Assembly (NCBI GenBank): GCA_036677065.1
Contig: JAKFBS010000002.1
Coordinates: 224,001-288,000, forward strand
From: Bdellovibrio sp.
GTDB lineage: Bacteria > Bdellovibrionota > Bdellovibrionia > Bdellovibrionales > Bdellovibrionaceae
Length of the DNA stretch: 64,000 nucleotides
Direction of reading: 5' to 3'
Of this stretch, positions 57,329 to 64,000 are shown in pieces. The translations under genes were made by a program, and so were the position numbers. The first letter of the stretch is position 1; each line of letters starts with the position of its first letter. The notes under the pieces are model-generated. The model saw nothing but the letters and a program-made list of their open reading frames with translations, was not told where the DNA came from and did no database searches.

Positions 57329-60297
57329 AAACTACTTACAGATTTGAAATTTACCCAAATCAACATCAATCAACTGAAATGAGCTCGACAGAAAAGAAAA
57401 CCACAGAATGGATTTCTAAATACTGCAACATAAAATTTGATAAGCTGTTTAAAGCTAATTATTTCTTGTTAGAATCTAATGAGCCAATTGCAGGGATTGA
57501 TGATTTTGCAAAAACGATTTTAACAGATTCAGTGACTGATGTTTTATTCTCTTCTGAATCTAAAAACATGGATCTAGTTTCATACCTAGGCAAACGTGGA
57601 TTCATAGACCCTGTCTTGTGTGATATCAGCTTTAAGCCTGGTGTTACTGATAATTCTGCGCAAGCTGTGCTTGAAGCTTTTAAATTAATACCAGATTTAA
57701 AAAAATATGAATTAAACGTAGCTTCGGGCGAATGCTATTACTTACAAAGCACTGAAAGCTTAACAGATGAAGCTTTTGAAAAAGTAAGCTATGAAAAATT
57801 AGCTAATCAGCTATTACATAAAGTAGTCATTCAGCGTAAAGCGGCGATTGCTTCGAATGTTCGTATGCAAGCTCCTAAAATTGTAGAAGTCGTTTCAACT
57901 TCTCATGAAGCTACAACAATCGATTTAAATTTAGATAATTCAGCTCTATTAAAACTAAACACAGATAATTGCTGGGCTTTAAGTCTGGATGAAATTCATT
58001 TTGTCCGCGATTACTTTAAAACTCTAGACCGTAATCCTACTGATGTTGAGATGGAAGTCATTGCGCAAAGTTGGTCAGAGCACTGTAAACATAAAATATT
58101 TGCAAGTCATATTGAATACACCGAAGGCCAACTTCCGCCTCATATGAAAAAGCTTGGAAATTTTGAAGTAAACAGTTTATTCAAAACTTTTATTCGCGGG
58201 GCGACCGAGAAAATTAAAGCAGATCGTAATCTTCAATGGTTAATCTCGATCTTTCACGACAACGCGGGGATTGTGCGCTTTGATAAAAACGTCGATGTTT
58301 GTATTAAAGTTGAAACTCATAACTCGCCTTCGGCATTAGATCCTTACGGTGGGGCATTGACGGGGATTTTAGGTGTTAACCGCGATATCTTAGGTTGTGG
58401 ACAAGGCGCAAAGCCTATCGCTAATACGAATGTATTTTGCTTGAGCGAAGATTCATTCTTTAAAGAAAACAATATCAAATTACATCCAAGACTTAAAAAC
58501 CCAGACCGCATCGCAGAAGGCGTGCATTTGGGAGTGCAAGATGGTGGTAATAAATCAGGTGTTCCAACAGTAAATGGAGCTTTCGTATTTGATAAAGACT
58601 ATGTAGGTAAACCCTTAGTATTCTGCGGAACAATCGGGGTATTACCACAAGTAGAAAATAATTTATCAACTGCTGAAAAAAGACAACAACCCGGCGACTA
58701 CATTGTGATGTCGGGTGGTAAGATCGGTAAAGACGGCATTCACGGGGCCACATTTAGCTCGATGGAATTAAACGAAAATGCACCGGCTTCAGTTGTGCAA
58801 ATCGGTGATCCAATCACGCAAAAACGTCTAGGTGATTTTTTAATCGAAGCTCGGCAAAAAAATCTTTTCTCAAGTGTAACAGATAACGGTGCTGGCGGCT
58901 TAAGTTCATCAGTGGGCGAAATGGCTGGTTTAACGAACGGAGCAATCGTTGATTTAGATCGCGCTCCAACGAAATATCCAGGCTTATCACCTTTTGAATT
59001 GATGGTGAGTGAATCGCAAGAGCGCATGACTTTCTCCGTTCCAAAAGAAAAAGTTCACCAGTTCTTACAACTTTCAGAAAAAAGAAATGTTTTATCAACT
59101 GTCATTGGGGAATTCACAAACCAAGGTCAGTTATTAGTTCGCTATAACGGAAAAACCGTAGCTGATCTAAATTTACATTTCTTGCATGAATCCCTTCGCC
59201 CTATGCAGTTAAAAGCTCACATTGATCAAACAAGTGTCGAGCAATCTAAAAAGACTCACTGGTTAAATGGCAAAGTTAAAGATGAAATTAAGCCAACTGA
59301 TGCAAAAGCTCAGTTATTAGCTTTAATGGCTTCAGCAAATGTTAGATCACACGAACATCTTGTTCGCAGATATGATCACGAAGTAAAGGCTGCAACTTTA
59401 GTTAAACCATTCACAGGTTCTGAAAAAATCGGGCGTCACGCGCCAACAGATGCTGGTGTGATTTGGTTGTACCCTCATGGTGGCGAACGCGATAACGCGA
59501 TCTCTGTATCTTGTGGTATTGCCCCGCAAATTTCACAGCATGACGCTTATGAAATGGCTGTTTGGGCTTTAGATGAAGCCGTTCGAAACAGTGTCTGTGT
59601 TGGCGCTGATCCGACTGAGATGGTGTTAATTGATAACTACTGCTGGCCAGATCCAATCACATCTGGCAAAAATCCAGATGGTGCGCATAAGCTTGCACAA
59701 TTAGTTCGTACATCAAAAGCAATCTATGATCTAAGTGTTGATTACGGAATGCCATTTGTAAGCGGTAAAGATTCAATGAAAAATGACTTTATGGCTGATG
59801 ATGTGAAGATTTCGGTTCAGCCGACTTTATTAGTCACAGCTATGGGCCGTGTTCGTAGTTTAAATCATATTACGACAAGTGAAGCAAAAAATGTGAGTGA
59901 TTTAGTTTATTTGATCGGACCAGATCAATTAACTGATTTCAAAAAACAATTAGGTTTGTACAAAACTCTTCATAAAGCGATTACGTTAGGCTTTGTAAAT
60001 AGCGCGCACGATGTTTCAGAAGGTGGCTTAGCTGTGAGTTTAACTGAAAAAATCATGTCGACGACTTTAGGTTTAGAAATTGATACCGAATTAGACCTAT
60101 TTCAAGAGAGTGCTGGACGTATCGTAGTTACAATTGATTCTGCTAAGAAAAAAGAATTCGCTCAGTTGTTTACTAGCGATTGCACTTTATTAGGAACAGT
60201 TACTAGCGATGCAAAACTTACGATTAAAAATCAATTCAGCGTAAACAATACTGAAACATTAGCCGCATACCGCATTAAAGCAGCAGGAGCGATATAG
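57325..60297 (+). CDS. purL: FGAM synthase synthetase subunit with N-terminal PurS-like extension
   Basis: QSWSEHCKHK, KVETHNSPS..PYGGA.TG, DGIHGATFSS and SESQERM; N-terminal KPGVTDN. Confidence 0.93.
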   Translation: MKTTYRFEIYPNQHQSTEMSSTEKKTTEWISKYCNIKFDKLFKANYFLLESNEPIAGIDDFAKTILTDSVTDVLFSSESKNMDLVSYLGKRGFIDPVLCDISFKPGVTDNSAQAVLEAFKLIPDLKKYELNVASGECYYLQSTESLTDEAFEKVSYEKLANQLLHKVVIQRKAAIASNVRMQAPKIVEVVSTSHEATTIDLNLDNSALLKLNTDNCWALSLDEIHFVRDYFKTLDRNPTDVEMEVIAQSWSEHCKHKIFASHIEYTEGQLPPHMKKLGNFEVNSLFKTFIRGATEKIKADRNLQWLISIFHDNAGIVRFDKNVDVCIKVETHNSPSALDPYGGALTGILGVNRDILGCGQGAKPIANTNVFCLSEDSFFKENNIKLHPRLKNPDRIAEGVHLGVQDGGNKSGVPTVNGAFVFDKDYVGKPLVFCGTIGVLPQVENNLSTAEKRQQPGDYIVMSGGKIGKDGIHGATFSSMELNENAPASVVQIGDPITQKRLGDFLIEARQKNLFSSVTDNGAGGLSSSVGEMAGLTNGAIVDLDRAPTKYPGLSPFELMVSESQERMTFSVPKEKVHQFLQLSEKRNVLSTVIGEFTNQGQLLVRYNGKTVADLNLHFLHESLRPMQLKAHIDQTSVEQSKKTHWLNGKVKDEIKPTDAKAQLLALMASANVRSHEHLVRRYDHEVKAATLVKPFTGSEKIGRHAPTDAGVIWLYPHGGERDNAISVSCGIAPQISQHDAYEMAVWALDEAVRNSVCVGADPTEMVLIDNYCWPDPITSGKNPDGAHKLAQLVRTSKAIYDLSVDYGMPFVSGKDSMKNDFMADDVKISVQPTLLVTAMGRVRSLNHITTSEAKNVSDLVYLIGPDQLTDFKKQLGLYKTLHKAITLGFVNSAHDVSEGGLAVSLTEKIMSTTLGLEIDTELDLFQESAGRIVVTIDSAKKKEFAQLFTSDCTLLGTVTSDAKLTIKNQFSVNNTETLAAYRIKAAGAI

Positions 60298-61064
60298 TGA
60301 AAAATAAAGTAAAAGCCTTAATTTTAACTGGTGACGGTATTAACTGTGAAAATGAAACAGCCTTAGCATTTTCAGAACACGGATGCGTTACTAAAATCAT
60401 GCACGTGCAAGATCTTATCGATCAGCCGGGTTTACTAAGCCAATATCAAATACTAGCATTACCAGGTGGTTTTTCATTCGGTGATGAAATCGGTTCGGGC
60501 CAAATTCTAGCTCTAAAACTAAAATACTCGTTAGGTGTAGCGTTGACTGAATTCATCAATAATAAAAAACTAATCATCGGTATCTGTAACGGTTTTCAAG
60601 TGTTAGTGCGTTTAGGGTTACTGCCAAAGCCATTCACAGAGCGCCAAATGACGTTAACTCATAATCGCCAAGGTCATTTCATTAATAAATGGGTCAACTT
60701 AACAGTGCCAAAATCAAACTGCATTTGGACAAAGTCATTGCAAGGAAAAGAAATAGCTCTACCAATCAGACACGGTGAAGGAAAAATCACTTTCGCAGGA
60801 GATCAAGCCACGCAACATAATACTTTTTCAACGTTAGTTTCCCAAGGCCAAATCGCTTTATCATATACCGAAGATGTAAACGGATCGTACCAACAGATCG
60901 CAGGTGTAACTGATCCGACAGGCTGTATCTTAGGTTTAATGCCACATCCAGAGGCTGCAACGAACAATTGGTTATTACCAGATGGCACAGCGAAAAAATC
61001 TGGCCAAGCGTTCGGACAACAGTTTTTTATCAATGCCATCAAACACTGCGAAGAGAGGTTTTAA
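60297..61064 (+). CDS. purQ: FGAM synthase glutaminase subunit
   Basis: GINCE, PGGFSFGD, GICNGFQ, RHGEG and MPHPE. Confidence 0.95.
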   Translation: MKNKVKALILTGDGINCENETALAFSEHGCVTKIMHVQDLIDQPGLLSQYQILALPGGFSFGDEIGSGQILALKLKYSLGVALTEFINNKKLIIGICNGFQVLVRLGLLPKPFTERQMTLTHNRQGHFINKWVNLTVPKSNCIWTKSLQGKEIALPIRHGEGKITFAGDQATQHNTFSTLVSQGQIALSYTEDVNGSYQQIAGVTDPTGCILGLMPHPEAATNNWLLPDGTAKKSGQAFGQQFFINAIKHCEERF

Positions 61065-61065
61065 A

Positions 61066-62631
61066 ATGAAACAAGAAAATCTAGGAATCAAAAGAGCTTT
61101 AATAAGTGTTTCAGATAAAACTGGAATTGATAAGATCGCAAAGTTTTTATTCGAGTATAAAGTTGAGCTAATCTCAACTGGCGGAACAAAAAAATACTTA
61201 GAAGAATTAGGCTTACCGGTGACAAGCGTTGAATCATTAACTGGAAACCCAGAAGCTTTCGGTGGCCGCATGAAATCGATCAGTTTTCAGGTTTCATCAG
61301 GACTGCTGTTTCGCAGATACGTTGATCAAGATCAGAAAGAATCAAAAGCTCTAAATATCAATCCAATCGATTTAGTGATTTGCAACCTGTACCCATTTGA
61401 AAAATACATGAACCAAAATTCAACTGAAGATGTATTAATCGAAAATATCGATATCGGCGGCCCGCTAATGCTTCGTGCAGCTGCTAAAAACTACGAATCA
61501 GTGACGGTTTTATCAGGTGCTCACGAATACATGAATTTCATGACTCACTTTATGGAAAATAAAGGTCAGACGAATTTTGAATTTCGCAGAACACAAGCTG
61601 TTAAGACTTTCGTGCGCATCGCTGAATACGATCAAGCAATCGCACAAGAATTAACTAAAAACTACTTGCCAGAAATGAATCAAACTTTGCGCTACGGTGA
61701 AAATCCTCACCAAACAGCAAGTTTACAAATCAAAAATAACACTGACTCACAAATTACTTTAGCTAAAGCTCAGTTCATCCAAGGTAAAGAATTATCTTAT
61801 AATAACTGGATGGATGCAGACAGCGCTTGGCGCGTAATGAGTGATATCGCTCATGCAACAAAAGATAAGTATGTTACCGCTGTGATTAAGCACGCAAACC
61901 CATGCGGGCTTGCGGCTACTGACGACAGTCTTAATTCTTTAACTGAAGCCTGGAATGGCGATAATATTTCTAGCTTTGGCGGAATCATTGCCTGTTCATA
62001 TACCGTAGAAGCCAAACACGCCGAATTCTTAACTCAGAATTTTATCGAAGTTTTAATCGCTCCAGACTTTACACCTGAAGCTTTAGCAGTATTCACAAAA
62101 AAGAAAAACGTTCGTTTATTAAAAACTCCGCTCCGTGAATATAAGCAAAAAGAAACCATGATGCGCAGTATTTCAGGCGGAGTTTTAATTCAAGACGAAG
62201 ATGAGAGATCTTTAAAATCAGAAGAAGCTAAGATGGTGACTCAAATTCCATTTTCAACTCACCACCAATCTCTAGTTGATTTTGGTGTGATCGCTTGTAA
62301 ACATTTAAAAAGTAATGGCATCGCCTTAGTTGCAAAAACGGCTCAAGGTTTTTCATTAGTAGGAACCGGCATGGGTCAACCAAACCGTTTAGATTCTTTA
62401 CGCCTATTAGCCGTTCACCGCGCGAAAATGAAAAATATCCCGATGGATCAAGTTTTAATGATTTCAGATGCTTTTTTTCCATTCGCCGATTCAGTCGATG
62501 TGTGTAACGAAGTTGGTATTAAAGCTATCGTTCAGCCGGGCGGAAGTATCCGTGATCCAGATGTAATCGCAGCGTGTGATAAATATGGTATTGCAATGAT
62601 GATGACGGGCGTTCGTCACTTTAGACATTAA
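61066..62631 (+). CDS. purH: Bifunctional AICAR transformylase/IMP cyclohydrolase
   Basis: RALISVSDK, IDIGGP, LRYGENPHQ, KHANPCG, SDAFFPF and RHFRH; start ATG 61066. Confidence 0.95.
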   Translation: MKQENLGIKRALISVSDKTGIDKIAKFLFEYKVELISTGGTKKYLEELGLPVTSVESLTGNPEAFGGRMKSISFQVSSGLLFRRYVDQDQKESKALNINPIDLVICNLYPFEKYMNQNSTEDVLIENIDIGGPLMLRAAAKNYESVTVLSGAHEYMNFMTHFMENKGQTNFEFRRTQAVKTFVRIAEYDQAIAQELTKNYLPEMNQTLRYGENPHQTASLQIKNNTDSQITLAKAQFIQGKELSYNNWMDADSAWRVMSDIAHATKDKYVTAVIKHANPCGLAATDDSLNSLTEAWNGDNISSFGGIIACSYTVEAKHAEFLTQNFIEVLIAPDFTPEALAVFTKKKNVRLLKTPLREYKQKETMMRSISGGVLIQDEDERSLKSEEAKMVTQIPFSTHHQSLVDFGVIACKHLKSNGIALVAKTAQGFSLVGTGMGQPNRLDSLRLLAVHRAKMKNIPMDQVLMISDAFFPFADSVDVCNEVGIKAIVQPGGSIRDPDVIAACDKYGIAMMMTGVRHFRH

Positions 62632-62641
62632 GAGGGGGCTC

Positions 62642-63655
62642 ATGGCTATTTCATATAAAGACAGTGGTGTAGACATCGATAAAGCCGACGTGTTTGTGAA
62701 TAAAATTTCACAAATGGTAAAGTCGACTTACAATCAGAATGTAGTGAGTGGGGTAGGGGGCTTCTGCGCTCTTTATAAAATGGATCAAGAAAGATTCTTA
62801 GCTTCAAGTACGGATGGGGTAGGGACTAAGCTAAAACTTGCAATCGAACTTAATAAGCACGACACGATTGGTATAGATCTAGTAGCAATGTGTGTGAACG
62901 ATTTAATTTGCTCGGGTGCAAAACCATTATTTTTCTTAGATTATTTCGCAAGTTCAAAACTAAATTTAAATGTTTCTGAAAAAATCATCGAAGGCATCGT
63001 TGAAGGATGTTTACAGTCAAAAATGGTCTTAATTGGTGGTGAAACAGCAGAAATGCCAGGAATGTATCAAGATGGTGATTACGATCTAGCAGGGTTTTCA
63101 GTGGGCGAAGTGTTCACGCATAATTTAGTCGACGGCACGAAATTAAAAGATGGTGACACCCTAGTTGCAATTCACAGCTCAGGATTTCACTCTAATGGCT
63201 ATTCGTTAGTCAGAAAAATTATCACTGATGTGGCTACTAAGCAGTTATCAGCGACTGAATTAGAAACTCTAAAAAAAGATTGTTTAACTCCAACCAAAAT
63301 TTACGTAAATAGTGTTTTGAATTTATTAACGAAATACAAAGATAACATCAAAGGTCTTGCGAATATTACAGGGTCTGGCTTTTTAAACATTCCGCGAATG
63401 AACGAAAAATTTGATTACCATTGCACGCAAACGGCAACCTTACCTGCATTTATGCAAACAGTATGTCAAATGAGCGGCTTATCAGAGTTAGAGCTGCATA
63501 AGACATTTAATATGGGCGTGGGCTTTGTGATCGCAACTGACAAGCCAGAACAAGTCATGCAGATGCTGCATGAGCAAGGCGAGAAGTCTTTCGTATTAGG
63601 CTTGGTAAAATCAGGCATGGGACAGGTTTTTTTAAAAGGCGAAGAAATCATCTAA
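62642..63655 (+). CDS. purM: AIR synthetase
   Basis: SYKDSGVDI, STDGVGTK, GGETAEMPG, HSNGYSL and FNMGVG. Confidence 0.96.
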   Translation: MAISYKDSGVDIDKADVFVNKISQMVKSTYNQNVVSGVGGFCALYKMDQERFLASSTDGVGTKLKLAIELNKHDTIGIDLVAMCVNDLICSGAKPLFFLDYFASSKLNLNVSEKIIEGIVEGCLQSKMVLIGGETAEMPGMYQDGDYDLAGFSVGEVFTHNLVDGTKLKDGDTLVAIHSSGFHSNGYSLVRKIITDVATKQLSATELETLKKDCLTPTKIYVNSVLNLLTKYKDNIKGLANITGSGFLNIPRMNEKFDYHCTQTATLPAFMQTVCQMSGLSELELHKTFNMGVGFVIATDKPEQVMQMLHEQGEKSFVLGLVKSGMGQVFLKGEEII

Positions 63656-64000
63656 AGATATAAACGGGTAACTCGTTCTAACGAGTTACAGTACTTAGAA
63701 AATGATCCACGCTCTAATTCAAAAACACGGATTAAATCTAAATACCAAAGTGGAACACGGCTTTCGCATTTTAGTTCTAATATAGCTAAGCTTTCGGTGC
63801 TGTTGCCATCATCAAAGATTAAAGAAGAGTCGTAGTTAATCATTTCACGGTCTTTAGGCCAAAGATTAAACGTGTTTTCTTCTTTGCATCTTAGGTCGAC
63901 GTCAAAAGTAATACGTACGTAATCTTCACAGTTTGATAAAAAAGCACGACGACGATACTGGGTTAAGACCTGCGGCTGAACATTATAAAGCTGAGCATAA
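63652..64000 (-). CDS. VTC (polyphosphate polymerase) domain protein, 3' part only
   Basis: Frame extends upstream as QYRRRAF...VRITFD..L and continues to ILELKC...P.W...FSKYC. Confidence 0.8.
   Translation of the reverse strand, partial: YAQLYNVQPQVLTQYRRRAFLSNCEDYVRITFDVDLRCKEENTFNLWPKDREMINYDSSLIFDDGNSTESLAILELKCESRVPLWYLDLIRVFELERGSFSKYCNSLERVTRLYL

Overview
Gene-dense, AT-rich bacterial chromosome segment, most consistent with a Bdellovibrionota predator (inferred from two Bdellovibrio-style YQ(G/A)(R/K)I-headed, S74-chaperone fibre adhesins and FliA-type promoters). I saw no rRNA, tRNA, CRISPR array, IS element, integrase or reverse transcriptase. Contents in order: assorted housekeeping genes (Na/Pi cotransporter, CtaA, photolyase, NrnA, GreA); a five-gene minor-pilin-like cassette ending in a His-motif membrane protein (15.5-21.8 kb); tatA; an oligopeptide ABC operon; sohB; two paralogous modular trimeric fibre genes flanking a hemerythrin gene (32.8-42.8 kb); nnrD, a dsbB/dsbA-like pair, mutM and fadE; and a de novo purine cluster (purKE divergent from purFCDNLQHM). 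The most notable signals are: (1) the pilin cassette; (2) a recurring sigma28-like -10 element exactly 7 nt before four start codons, plus a recurring (G/A/T)TYTCA-N3-TGARAC-type palindrome at surface-protein genes; (3) cassette-like internal repeats in the fibre genes; (4) a secreted protein with ActA-like DFPPPP motifs. All functional calls come from motif recognition by eye, not database searches.
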